The notes under the pieces are model-generated. The model searched no databases. It was not told the DNA's origin and saw only the letters and a program-made list of their open reading frames with translations. A stretch of DNA of 64,000 nucleotides from Elusimicrobiota bacterium (GTDB taxonomy: Bacteria > Elusimicrobiota > Elusimicrobia > UBA1565 > UBA9628), in contig JACQAZ010000046.1 of assembly GCA_016194705.1 (NCBI GenBank), positions 2,372-66,371 of the forward strand, in the 5' to 3' direction. The number at the start of each line of letters is the position of its first letter. Positions within the stretch are counted from its first letter, which is position 1. Positions 54,801-61,340 of this stretch are shown here, one piece after another. The position numbers were made by a program, and so were the translations under genes.

Positions 54801-55285
54801 CTGCGAACATGGTCGAAAATGACGCTGCCTTCGAAACGCCCCCGCGCCGGCGCCTTCTCGGCCTTGCCGGCCGCCGGGGCCTCGCCCTCCGCCGCGGCGG
54901 GGGCCGCCCCGTCTGCGGGGACCGTCGGCTCCGGCAACGCCATGACCGAGGGGGACGTCGGCGCCGCAAAGGCGGGGTCGTTGGCTGCTTCCTTTATAAC
55001 GCCGACTGCCGTGTCGGCGGCCGCCGTGGGGATCGCATCTCCCACCGAGATGCTGGTGAGGGCGGGCACTTCCTTTGTCAAGGACTCAATCGACTTGTTC
55101 GCGCCCGTACGGACTTCGGGGAGGCGGAGGGTCGCGATCTCCTTGGGAGCCGCGAAATCAGCGGCGACGGCGCGGGTTGCCTCCGGGCCCATCATTGAAA
55201 CGAGAAGCGACGCGATCAGAAGAGCCGAGAGAAAAGATTTGGCGGATGCGCAAACATCGCGCAACGAAGCCCCTGTCGACTTCAT
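45842..55285 (-). CDS. Giant exported protein, 3147 aa: 4 repeats, central domain, His swivel domain, ATP-grasp, five LMW-PTP domains
   Basis: Signal peptide; VVTTGGGLLSHAAITTRELG; VGGKLSKLGEI; LAIRSSAVQED; LDIEFAVKGDRIAILQARPVT. P-loops CTGNACRS, CSFNTSRS, CSGGACRS, CSFNTSRS and CDANHSRS. SD GGAGG and TATACT upstream. Confidence 0.9.
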   Translation of the reverse strand: MKSTGASLRDVCASAKSFLSALLIASLLVSMMGPEATRAVAADFAAPKEIATLRLPEVRTGANKSIESLTKEVPALTSISVGDAIPTAAADTAVGVIKEAANDPAFAAPTSPSVMALPEPTVPADGAAPAAAEGEAPAAGKAEKAPARGRFEGSVIFDHVRRPSGTVDVADGLDPTPVEFTELRRYAPGYGRGILKAKDKIKNRIYYQAPNGTLVPVNGDVAGYLQPARLTLYKTKSKGTGAIYVVAPSGRSSLKNYEADLGALASDALARGARLQRVLDRLGRPARARGATKEFSENLKELQRELAEYRTAQETWTAKKNDLYGKAKEADVAFLKAVVEGADFGKSHTDLSFQALVQERFADADALMAALYPEYIRDLRRYIPNLKSLGIGDLEKSIFNDPDLTLEYLRYRKSTRNRDVPAIGALSQAQIAFSLEAIPAALERLAAFQKPSLQPLVPEARALVLEALAQTDKAKQAVDKLDAVIRGADSEKDLRVALRETTAVLGAYATEREAWKPKRDAFYANAKDADKLFLAALIDGADFKKLHKKSITVGALLTERFPTADDLLSALYPDHIEELRTDIPNLKSLPVTDFETSMFVDRGLTLEFLENQRSRGEAARQNLRGLSRAAFAFTPKDMPGLLERLAKDKGPLKSIEPELSELAKESLPVIAQWEKTLDLLQTAFGEDKSGKAAAKSLDELRRMIAERQNGASGWQARRDALLGKVTDAQIRNFVAYVASAIDPQRGDLNSLIATKFRTADELLSWLYPKRIAELRLYIPDLKSIGVSDFQGSIFLHPELTDEFIKNRKSLDKKALAAIGALSYAKFEVSPKSIPAMLSRLEKHEDGVLKPYEAQLQGVVTEAMPALAQWDRAVERLQRAVAGKGGSRKAAVIIEELSRMTAARQADSSGWRQKRDALLGQVGDPVLSSFLTQMLTPLDPNPVSLNTMMAARFHNADELLAWLHPQRIEELRRFMPGLSAMKIDGFERSIFVDRDKVGDFIANRSLLGESVPQPQSKGLSDVRFVVPMGGDKLKPKFKSGDFRLPYRVTGAKDLEDFADPNNPGYATFRPDATPGAAKEKLKERFGIFSELIETNFRVLPIISRFSSEPMPKAAGRAIVAEVGTMVSHYETLTKSAQKAADGEAVRQRYAAIVAELEQLWKDVPETGTLPEAVAQRISSIEPGAELAAVKNLHTMVNFIHQSSFEALSAQEAAGNERGAINFNNEIPFMDLGDEPLSKNNHLLSKPLRALLNRDKRPGGHQTDTVIIRGDEAWVHAHLGLHSAEIYVKFADPDDGGMLRIRYQEGTNTPVGNPARLALVREEHMRLGIHTEVEDTRPRDPKTGKPIATHGKDPLHLVSIIDKDHGLSSEKQLERLFSFTLQGLHDTLDMNCAFNNLGEDGCAKVVPQLADIYMAEGRWAEGWNKGGNYHDIYKEYMGRNKTRETMRKTLDKELTRLGLPTIPEDAVMGQAAVEKHFTAAVNRALIRGELKWDDAGIPQRQDYRPVEALAAYVHGSRDAAEAVASVIGHFESELEYEPIGAVGAMRTERAIWQFGDQALVLYGLREPETGTLGYTAAFRHDPAAGLTPLDAEGLISFLNERGVKAPAPEALTGAQKALLKVWQLGNPSRSPLSGTRVDGLAASAGRGGLVTASVTFDRKGKPGAALIVPYTTPDDIGAIKNAAAVVTTGGGLLSHAAITTRELGLASVILPRAEWKKTGEGKDELELTTYEPEGEAVHVDGAVVRPRLRAVRLTLHERDLVRVNGATGEMYVFPKESESRKAGAVAFAVEEALFNPSKRASAGAILLRLLTHRREDIRQQARDHGRRLFEDRLTTVKSNVPAETEAGAASIAAFHAEIKQLEDMAALFDQKTDALAPLKAAEERLRAALANREEAALIAARPEVVRLNSTKPTTEDLPAVRRLVRLLQNRAVADKVYAKSTLGLFQNLEKRLTEEKQGGIKGMAPSVLPLGVVDDDYRILVGGKLSKLGEILAVVRKAGGYVPEALAVTTEAYRRFLRENGLERPLRVLAEQLDAVLSSAQSEAARQEKVAEISKQIRTLLLSGKLDAKSGVGQEIWEGMQARGLAADGKQLAIRSSAVQEDTADAAFAGAAESYLHVRPEEALHKVIENWTSFWLPRGIVYRHQQKIPSTSLAASTIIQEMAEADVAGVLFTQNPVTGADEFVINAAYGLGEGIVSGIVQTDRYVARKSDGQETKLPFIGDKRVAVMPKSGASGTELQGVAAERRKRRALTPEQTQRLALIAKALEEHFGYALDIEFAVKGDRIAILQARPVTTRGEVKAAPASQDKPLVVKVPPVEAPAAQPAAPAKKKIVFVCTGNACRSPMAEFFAKDMLAKEGNAAVEVFSRGVHARDGGYMSPDSMYQLELAGIDGRPHRSYKLKIEDVRNADYVLAMDQSNVDDILRKFPEAGGKTHLLKEFAQTGTGDVENPWPAIGRAYEETAAEIVAAVDAVARQVQSGERKLKSIVFACSFNTSRSPMAEYFAKEELKRLGIKNVKVVSRSLYAKARVGKPMNWTAQKLLETLEIDGSGHKSTPLTKQEAKDADVILVMDDDNIGDIKSRFPQARDKAFLLKQFAKTGYGEIENPSKKIFRAYSTAGKEIKEAVRAVIDKASAEAEPEPKTGPRKKRVTFVCSGGACRSAMAEHLAKDMLAKDGKTDVEVFSRGAKSGSYYSYDDDSYGGFGGSSHYSSEAMSEGSKAYLKANGIDAGAHRSKGLTLQDVMRSDVLLAMDEQNLDDILRQFPEADGKTFLLKEFAGLGTGDIENPSYGSTAGRLLAYEQTAKEITTAVKVVAKAAASAERKIKSIMFACSFNTSRSPMAEYYAKDELGKLGVKDVHVFSRSVGFGGGGSGSYFGFGSGGGSYSSYSPPMKSEAIDNLAKAGIDGRPHKSTPMTAQDVADSDVILVMEKEHVENILKKFPEAKGKVFLLNEFAGLGGTEIENPSKTAPRFGYIKAGTEIKEAVRAAINKDFTPPAPQAEATPKKAVLFVCDANHSRSPLAERLFKDRLRREGITDVDVWSRARYGGMGSMADLSAEVLRHKGIPVEPHSGRGITIRDVKRASVILVMTPDQKEYLERRYPSAKGKIFTMKEYGGGEGPILDHVRTIDAFLDMADQMEATFDALVGNLKK
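45845..48310 (-). repeat. Five tandem LMW-PTP domains (A-B-A-B-C) within the 3147-aa protein
   Basis: Domains 1 and 3 share AE..AKDMLAK.G...VEVFSRG; domains 2 and 4 share SI.FACSFNTSRSPMAEY.AK.EL..LG, with near-identical DNA at about 46775-46810 and 47795-47830. Confidence 0.88.
52280..54520 (-). repeat. Four ~195-aa helical repeats of unknown family
   Basis: Recurrent W..KRDA...F..AD.LL..LYP..I.ELR..IP.L......F..S+F motif at roughly 590-600 nt spacing. Confidence 0.85.
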
Positions 55286-55310
55286 GCGTTGCCCTCCATT
55301 GCTCTCTTGG

Positions 55311-55339
55311 AGTATAGGCTGCCGGAGCGTGGGAGGTAA
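55311..55339 (-). promoter_or_regulatory. Putative promoter of the giant-gene operon (TTACCT-17-TATACT)
   Basis: Minus-strand TATACT at 55316-55311, SD GGAGG at 55297-55293, ATG 55285. Confidence 0.5.
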
Positions 55340-55434
55340 GAGGCCTAAGGGTCAGTCATCGTAGGCCCATGGACCTAGGACTGTTAGCTCCCAAAAGATG
55401 CATCCGGCGTAGGACTGGGGGACCGGACGGGCGC

Positions 55435-55463
55435 TTCAGTGGGGCCATCGATTTAGGTATACT
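55435..55463 (+). promoter_or_regulatory. Putative tRNA promoter (TTCAGT-17-TATACT)
   Basis: Strong -10 TATACT at 55458-55463, 21 nt before the mature tRNA; the -35 is weak. Confidence 0.5.
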
Positions 55464-55484
55464 CTCTCAGACGTTTTCAATTTT

Positions 55485-55574
55485 GGAAGGGTGCGTGAGC
55501 GGTTGAAACGGCACGACTGGAAATCGTGTAGAGGTGAAAGCCTCTCGAGGGTTCAAATCCCTCCCCTTCCGCCA
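55485..55574 (+). tRNA. tRNA-Ser (GGA), 90 nt, long variable arm, encoded CCA
   Basis: Acceptor GGAAGGG/CCCTTCC; anticodon arm CACGA-CTGGAAA-TCGTG; variable arm AGAGG-TGAAAG-CCTCT; T arm GAGGG-TTCAAAT-CCCTC; 3' GCCA. Confidence 0.97.
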
Positions 55575-55583
55575 GCTTTGCCA

Positions 55584-55612
55584 TTGAAAAATCCCGGGTT
55601 GACTGCTAAACT
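55584..55612 (+). promoter_or_regulatory. Putative sigma70 promoter TTGAAA-17-TAAACT for the SPFH operon
   Basis: Good -35 and -10 at exact 17-nt spacing; SD TAAGGAGG at 55641-55648 before ATG 55653. Confidence 0.6.
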
Positions 55613-55652
55613 CTCGCCTGGACTCGATCAGCGGCGTTACTAAGGAGGCGGC

Positions 55653-56819
55653 ATGGCGATCCTCGATGTCATCAAGCACGAAGGGCCCAACGACGTCCTG
55701 GTGTGGAAGTGGCCCGGCGAGAACATCACCGCGATGAGCCAGCTCATCGTCAACCAGACCCAGGAGGCCCTCTTCTACAAGAACGGCCAGGCTCTCGACC
55801 TGCTCGGCCCCGGACGGCACACCTTGATGACCGCAAACATCCCGCTCATGAAGACCTTCATCGGCGCCGCGTTCGGCGGCGAGTCGCCCTTTTCCGCCGA
55901 GATCTATTTCATCGACAAGGCCGTCCTGCTCGACGTCAAATGGGGGACTCCAAGGCCCGTCCCGATCCTCGATCCTATCCTGAACGTATTTCTTCCCGTG
56001 AGGGCTAATGGCCAGTTCGGCTTCAAGGTCACCGACAGCCGGAAGTTGGTCGTCCAATTGGTCGGCACGGTACCCACGCTCGCCAAGGAAGACATCGTCA
56101 ACTACTTCCGCGGCGTCATCCTGACCAAGACCAAGGATTACATCGCCTCCAAGCTCATCGACGACCGCCTCTCGATCTTGACGGTGACGGCTCATCTGGC
56201 CGAGATCTCCAAGTCCGTCCAGGAGAAGCTGCAGGACGACTTCGCCGCCTTCGGCCTCGAGATCGTCAACTTCTTCGTCAACGCGATCGACGTACCCGAC
56301 GACGACCCGGAAGTCCAGCACGTCAAGGCGGCCATGGCCAACAAAGCCGAGTACCGGATCATGGGCGAGGACGCCTACCGAATGAAGCGCACCTTCGACG
56401 TGCTCGAGGAGGCCGCTAAGAACACCAGCGGCGGCGGCGGCAATCTCATGGGCCAGGGCATGGGTTTCGGCATGGGCATGGGGGCGGGAGCGGGATTTGC
56501 CAACATCGCGGGCGGGCTCATCGGAGCCGTGACCCCGTCCAAGGCGGCCTTGCCCGCTCCATCTGCGATGATGACCTGCCCGACCTGCAAGACGCAGGTG
56601 TTTTCCGCCTACAAGTTCTGCACGACTTGCGGCGGAGGCCTCGTGACCGCCAACGCCGTCTGCCCGGGCTGCCAGAACGAGGTGCCCGTCGGCGGCAAGT
56701 TCTGCGGCCATTGCGGCCTCAAGCTCGCGGCCTCCCTCTGCCCCAAATGCAGCCACGAGGTCCCCTCCGCCGCGGCCGCCTGCCCGGGCTGCGGGACCAA
56801 GCTCGAGGGGCCCAAGTAG
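55653..56819 (+). CDS. SPFH/band-7-like domain protein with C-terminal zinc ribbons
   Basis: LVWKWP, SQLIVNQTQEALFYKNG, GPGRHTL.T.NIP, FSAEIYFI and VRANGQFG; Gly/Met-rich helix; CPTC..CTTCG, CPGC..CGHCG and CPKC..CPGCG. Confidence 0.9.
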   Translation: MAILDVIKHEGPNDVLVWKWPGENITAMSQLIVNQTQEALFYKNGQALDLLGPGRHTLMTANIPLMKTFIGAAFGGESPFSAEIYFIDKAVLLDVKWGTPRPVPILDPILNVFLPVRANGQFGFKVTDSRKLVVQLVGTVPTLAKEDIVNYFRGVILTKTKDYIASKLIDDRLSILTVTAHLAEISKSVQEKLQDDFAAFGLEIVNFFVNAIDVPDDDPEVQHVKAAMANKAEYRIMGEDAYRMKRTFDVLEEAAKNTSGGGGNLMGQGMGFGMGMGAGAGFANIAGGLIGAVTPSKAALPAPSAMMTCPTCKTQVFSAYKFCTTCGGGLVTANAVCPGCQNEVPVGGKFCGHCGLKLAASLCPKCSHEVPSAAAACPGCGTKLEGPK

Positions 56820-56823
56820 GTCC

Positions 56824-57612
56824 GTGGACGCCCAGTACACCTGCCCCGGATGCGGCGGCACCTCGGACCTCAAAGCCGATAGGTGCCCCTACTGCGGCAG
56901 CCGCTTCATCCCCGACCTGGGTCCAGGCGCGGGCTCGCAGGCCGGAGCTGCCGCGGCGCGCAAGCAGGCCGCCGTGCTCGAGGCGAAGCTCGCGAAATCC
57001 CCGAACAACGGACAGGCCTTGCTCGAGTTGGGACAGGCCTACCATCAATGCGGCGAGTACCAGAAAGCCCAGGTCGCTCTGGATAAAGCGGCCTCGCTCC
57101 TGCCGCAGGAGCCTCAGGTGTTCCTCCTGTCGGCCTGGAACATCGGCATCATGAAGGGCTGGGAAAAGGCGGGGGTCGCCGACAACGCCAAGAGGGCTCT
57201 GACCATCGACTCGAACCTCTCGCAGGCCGAGGCCCTGCTCCACCTCAACCGCGGCATGACCGAATACCTCTTCGACCGGACGATCTTGCACGCCGAGATG
57301 GCCTTGAAGGAGTTCCAAGCGGCCGTCGAGGCCGATCCCAAGAACACCTACGGCTATTTCATGACGGGCTGCGTCTGCGAGGAGCTCGACGAATATCAGC
57401 TGGCCGCGCAGAATTTCCAGAAGGCCTGCGAGCTCGCGGAAAAGGACGACGCGCCCGGCCGCGAGGACGCCCGGGTCCTCGCCAGGACGGGCGCCGTCTT
57501 GTCCCGGCTCGGCGAGACGGAAAGCGCCAAGAAGTACCTCTCGAGAGCCGTCGAGCTCGATCCCGACAACGAGGCGGCGCGCTCGATCCTCGCGACCATC
57601 GACGAAAACTGA
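56824..57612 (+). CDS. Zinc-ribbon + TPR protein
   Basis: CPGCGG..CPYCG at the N-terminus; several TPR helices (LLELGQAYHQCGEYQKA, YLSRAVELDPDN). Confidence 0.82.
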   Translation: MDAQYTCPGCGGTSDLKADRCPYCGSRFIPDLGPGAGSQAGAAAARKQAAVLEAKLAKSPNNGQALLELGQAYHQCGEYQKAQVALDKAASLLPQEPQVFLLSAWNIGIMKGWEKAGVADNAKRALTIDSNLSQAEALLHLNRGMTEYLFDRTILHAEMALKEFQAAVEADPKNTYGYFMTGCVCEELDEYQLAAQNFQKACELAEKDDAPGREDARVLARTGAVLSRLGETESAKKYLSRAVELDPDNEAARSILATIDEN

Positions 57613-59037
57613 TTGAGTCCCTCAAGGCCTGCCGCCAAGCGCCCCGACTCCGTGCTGGCGATCGCAAGCGTCATGATCCTGGCCTGCGCCCCCGCCCAGT
57701 ACCTCGGCCGCCAGCAGGATGACCTGCTCTACCTGATCGGGGCTCACTCGCTGCTCGAGGGCCGCTTCCGGCTGCTCACCGTGCCCGGCCAGCCGCCCCT
57801 CTACATGATCGGCCCGGGCTTCCCCGCGCTGCTGGCACCCCTGGCGCTCGCAGCCGGCGAGAACTGGTGGGTCTACCAAGCCTTCTGCGCCCTGCTGCTG
57901 GCCGCGGCGCCCTGGCTGCTCTGGCGCTGGCTCAGGTCGCGGCTCGACGGGATCTCCGCGATGCTCGTCTGCGGGCTGTTCGCGCTGAGCCCGCTGGTCC
58001 TGTCCCAGGCCGGAACCGTCATGAGCGAAGGTCCGTTTCTGATTGCCGCGCTCGGCCTGCTTCTCGCGGTCGAGCGACCCGCTCCCAAGACAGCCTCGGC
58101 CTGGCTGCTCCTCGCGACGCAGACGCGCACGGCCGCGCTGGCCCTGCTCCCCGCGGCAATCGCTCGCCCGCTTTCCAAGAGGCGCTGGAAGGAGGCCGCC
58201 CTGGTCGGCGCGCCGGCCCTGTCCGGAGCGCTCGCCTTCAGCCTCTGGTCCCGCGCGGTGTCGGGCTCGGCCCAGCAGAAGCTCGAGGAGCTCGCGGCCT
58301 CCTATGCCGGCGGGCTGGGCCGCCTGCCCTCGGTCGCCTGGGAGAACTCGAGTTATTATCTGTCCTCCTGGGGTGCGAGCTTCATGCCCGTCTCCTGGTC
58401 CGCCGCGGCTCCGGCCGTCGGCGCGGGCCTGCTCTCGATCGCGATCCTCGGGGCCTGGAAGATTCTGCGGCGGGACCGTTGGGAGCCAGCCCTGTGGCTC
58501 CTCGCCGGCACGGCGCTTCTCCACCTGGCCTGGCCCTGGCACTACGAGCGCTACCTCATCATGCCCCTGCCTTTCCTGCTGTGGTGCCTGGCCGAGGGGC
58601 TCGGCCGCGCGGCCAAGCCGGCGCTGGCCGCCCTCTTGCTCTGCCAGGGGGTCTTCCAATCCCCGCAATGGCTGGGCCACAGGCAGGCCTGGACAAAGCC
58701 TGAGCTGGCGGGGACCTACGCCTGGATCAAGACGCGGACCAAGCCCTCCGACGTGCTGGCCAGCGTCATGTACGTGCGCGACGGCTTCCTATCAGCGAGG
58801 CCCGCTTTGCCGCTGCCGCCGAGCCCCGACGCCCGTTCCCTTCACGAGACCTTGAGCTCACGCAAGGTCCGCTACATTCTTTGGCAGGACGGCCTGGACC
58901 TGGGTCTCTCGCTCGACTCGTCCTCCGCCGTGCGAATCCAGCTCGAGCGCGACGCCGATGGGCTCAAGGACGCGTCGTACTTCAAGCCGGTGCACGAGGA
59001 ACCCGGAGAGCAAGCGCGCCTCTACGAGCTCCGCTGA
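57613..59037 (+). CDS. GT-C superfamily (ArnT/GT39-like) membrane glycosyltransferase
   Basis: QDDLLYLIGAHSL acidic loop after TM1, PGFPALLAP, VMSEGPF and ERYLIMPLPF; multiple TMs. Confidence 0.7.
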   Translation: MSPSRPAAKRPDSVLAIASVMILACAPAQYLGRQQDDLLYLIGAHSLLEGRFRLLTVPGQPPLYMIGPGFPALLAPLALAAGENWWVYQAFCALLLAAAPWLLWRWLRSRLDGISAMLVCGLFALSPLVLSQAGTVMSEGPFLIAALGLLLAVERPAPKTASAWLLLATQTRTAALALLPAAIARPLSKRRWKEAALVGAPALSGALAFSLWSRAVSGSAQQKLEELAASYAGGLGRLPSVAWENSSYYLSSWGASFMPVSWSAAAPAVGAGLLSIAILGAWKILRRDRWEPALWLLAGTALLHLAWPWHYERYLIMPLPFLLWCLAEGLGRAAKPALAALLLCQGVFQSPQWLGHRQAWTKPELAGTYAWIKTRTKPSDVLASVMYVRDGFLSARPALPLPPSPDARSLHETLSSRKVRYILWQDGLDLGLSLDSSSAVRIQLERDADGLKDASYFKPVHEEPGEQARLYELR

Positions 59038-59049
59038 AGCTCGCCACGA

Positions 59050-59565
59050 TCATTCAACCCCCGCCGCTCCGCCCTGAGGACCCGCGAAATCATCGATCTC
59101 GCACTGAACGCCGAAGGCGTAGCCGGACTTGAGCGGCTCGTTGAGGGTTTGGCCGTCGTGACAAAGCTCCTTGCCGTCCGCGGTGACCGTGATGGCGATG
59201 CTGTCGCCTGTCTTGGGCTCCTCCGCCGTGGCATCGAAGGTCGCTCCGGAATTGAGGGGCGCGTCGATCGTGAACTCATGGATGCCGGCGTCGGCCTTCT
59301 CCCAGGTCTCCAGCGAGCGCTTTTCCTGGCCGCCGGCGGCATCGCGGCCCGAGAACCAGGCCGACACGCGCATCTTGCCGGTGCCGGTCACGCGGTAGAC
59401 GACTTTGTGGCCCCCGCCGTCCCAGACCTTGGCCGGAATCTTGTTGACCGCCGCGCCGGCCCCGCCGCCGGCCCCGCCGGTCCACCAGGATTTCAACGAC
59501 GTCCAGCCCAGAAAAACTGCGAGCCCCAGGACGGTCACGATGAGCCTGCCGATGATCCTATCCAT
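59050..59565 (-). CDS. Hypothetical membrane-anchored protein
   Basis: N-terminal TM, Gly-rich linker, beta-rich domain with two Cys; SD GGAGG upstream. Confidence 0.7.
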   Translation of the reverse strand: MDRIIGRLIVTVLGLAVFLGWTSLKSWWTGGAGGGAGAAVNKIPAKVWDGGGHKVVYRVTGTGKMRVSAWFSGRDAAGGQEKRSLETWEKADAGIHEFTIDAPLNSGATFDATAEEPKTGDSIAITVTADGKELCHDGQTLNEPLKSGYAFGVQCEIDDFAGPQGGAAGVE

Positions 59566-59648
59566 TCGGGCCCTCCGTTCTTACCATATCCCAGAGTTTG
59601 CCCCCCAAAGCGCGGCGCGTCAAGCCCGGATCAAGCTATAATCGGTGG

Positions 59649-61340
59649 GTGAACGACCGCTTGCTCGACCGCAAGGCCGCGCTTCTGATCGTTCTCGCCT
59701 CCCTCGCGGCCTACGGCCCAACGCTGCGCATAAAGGAATTCTTCCACGACGACCAGGCCTGGATCGTCAGAAACCCTCTCCTGCATAAGGGCATCAGCGC
59801 CGTGCCCAAGATCCTCTCGAGCGGCTACGTCGAGCCGGTCTTGGGGAGCGCCTCTCCGGTCCAGGAGTACCGTCCCCTACTGGTGCTCTCATTCCTCGTC
59901 CAGACCGCGACGACGGGGTTCGCGCCGGCGCCGATGCACGCCGCCAATCTCCTGCTGCACATCCTGGTCTGCCTGCTGTTTTGGACCGCCTTGCGCAGGC
60001 GGACGACGCTCGAGGCGGCCGCGGCCGCCGCACTTGTCTTCGCTTTGCTGCCGGTCCATACCGAAGCCGTGACGATTGTCAGCTGGCGCTCGGAGGTGAT
60101 GACCGCCGCCTTCGTCCTCGGCGCTTGGCTGTGTCTTGAAGATGGGAGACTCGCCCCGGGGGTCGCGCTCTACGGCGCCGGCCTGCTGACCAAGGAGCCG
60201 GTCATCCTGTTCCCGGCCTTCTACGCGCTGGCCGACTGGACCTTCCACGGCCGCAAGCCCTGGGACCGCAAGGCGCGTCTCGCGCATGCGTCTTTGCTCG
60301 CCGCAACCGGCGCCTACCTCGCTCTGCGCGCGGCCGTGCTGCCGCGCATGATGCACGGGGGCTTCCCTTACTTCCATTCCCGGCTCTCCGCCGCGCTGAC
60401 GCTCCCTCGCTTCGCCTTTGCGCACTACGTCTGGCCCAGCGTGACCGGGACCGGGATGTGCTCGGACTACAACCGTCCGTTGATACCGTACGCCTCGGCG
60501 GCAGAGCCGCTCTCGTGGCTCTGCCTCGCCGCTTGGGGCGCCATCCTCGCCGCGACCCTTTACGCCTGCCTCAAACGACGCAGTCCGTGGTCCTTCTGGC
60601 TGCTGGGCCCGTGCCTGTTCCTGCTGCCTACCTCCCACTTGGTCTTTCCTCTCGACACGATCGGCGCCGACCGCTTCCTTTATGTGCCGACGCTGGGCCT
60701 GGCGGCGGGGTTCGGCGGCTTGTTCGAGATCGCTCGCAAACGGCATCGCACCGGCGCTCTGCTGGCGGGTTCCGCTCTGCTGGTCTGGTACCTGGCCGCC
60801 ACGGTGCGGCGCAACCTGTCCTGGAGCAGCGCCGCCGGCTTCTATGAGGAGGCCGTGGCCTGCAATCCCGTCTCGGCGAAGGCGCGCAACGGTCTCGCCG
60901 AGGCCCTTTTGGTCCGCGGCGAGCTCGCGGCCGGGCATGCCCAGCTGCTCAAGGCCTTGGAGCTCGATGGGCACATGGGAGCAGCCTATTACAACCTCGG
61001 GCGCCTGGCCTGGCAAAACGGCGACGCCAGGGCCTCTGAGCGCTTCCTGCGCCGCGCCCTCGCGGAGGATGCGGGCGACGCGGACGCCTGGGTGCTGCTC
61101 GCCGTGACTTTGCAGGCGCAGGGACGCAAGATGGAAGCCGTGACCTGCCTCGAGAAGGCCCTCGAGATCAATCCCGATCTGGCCCTGGCCCATTTCAACC
61201 TCGGCACGCTCGATCTGGGGCTGCGCAAGCAGGCCGAGGGGCTGTCCCACCTGGCGCGCTTCGTAGAGCTCGCGCCGGACGACCCTGACGCCGCGAAGGT
61301 CGCCGAGATGCTCGGGAGTCTGCATGCGCCTGCGCGCTGA
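59649..61340 (+). CDS. TMTC-like GT-C glycosyltransferase with C-terminal TPRs
   Basis: FFHDDQAWIVRNP, YRPLL, HAANLLLH, LFALLPVHTEAV..VSWRSE, LLTKE, ADRFLYVP, RNLSWSS, then about four TPRs. GTG 59649 lies 6 nt after TATAAT; the ORF track uses TTG 59598. Confidence 0.85.
   Translation: MNDRLLDRKAALLIVLASLAAYGPTLRIKEFFHDDQAWIVRNPLLHKGISAVPKILSSGYVEPVLGSASPVQEYRPLLVLSFLVQTATTGFAPAPMHAANLLLHILVCLLFWTALRRRTTLEAAAAAALVFALLPVHTEAVTIVSWRSEVMTAAFVLGAWLCLEDGRLAPGVALYGAGLLTKEPVILFPAFYALADWTFHGRKPWDRKARLAHASLLAATGAYLALRAAVLPRMMHGGFPYFHSRLSAALTLPRFAFAHYVWPSVTGTGMCSDYNRPLIPYASAAEPLSWLCLAAWGAILAATLYACLKRRSPWSFWLLGPCLFLLPTSHLVFPLDTIGADRFLYVPTLGLAAGFGGLFEIARKRHRTGALLAGSALLVWYLAATVRRNLSWSSAAGFYEEAVACNPVSAKARNGLAEALLVRGELAAGHAQLLKALELDGHMGAAYYNLGRLAWQNGDARASERFLRRALAEDAGDADAWVLLAVTLQAQGRKMEAVTCLEKALEINPDLALAHFNLGTLDLGLRKQAEGLSHLARFVELAPDDPDAAKVAEMLGSLHAPAR

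Noticed and set aside
48485-55198. Very long plus-strand ORFs (48485-52414, 1309 aa; 52427-55198, 923 aa) and similar ones such as 5819-7360, 32745-34472 and 13109-13927
   Set aside because: They are antisense shadows of well-supported minus-strand genes. High GC suppresses stop codons, and the translations have no recognisable motifs.
40353-55285. Annotation of the giant proteins as PEP synthase, PPDK or rifampicin phosphotransferase
   Set aside because: No pyruvate-binding barrel is visible, the domain order is reversed, and both have signal peptides and repeats.
55340-55434. Riboswitch or sRNA in the gap between the giant gene and the tRNA (several TAGG/CCTA words)
   Set aside because: No stable fold or known aptamer motif was recognisable by eye. 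An Rfam/Infernal scan would settle it.
55485-55574. tRNA-Ser as the attachment site of an island carrying the giant genes
   Set aside because: No integrase, no duplicate of the tRNA 3' end in the window, the giant genes lie on the 5' side, and no obvious compositional break is visible.
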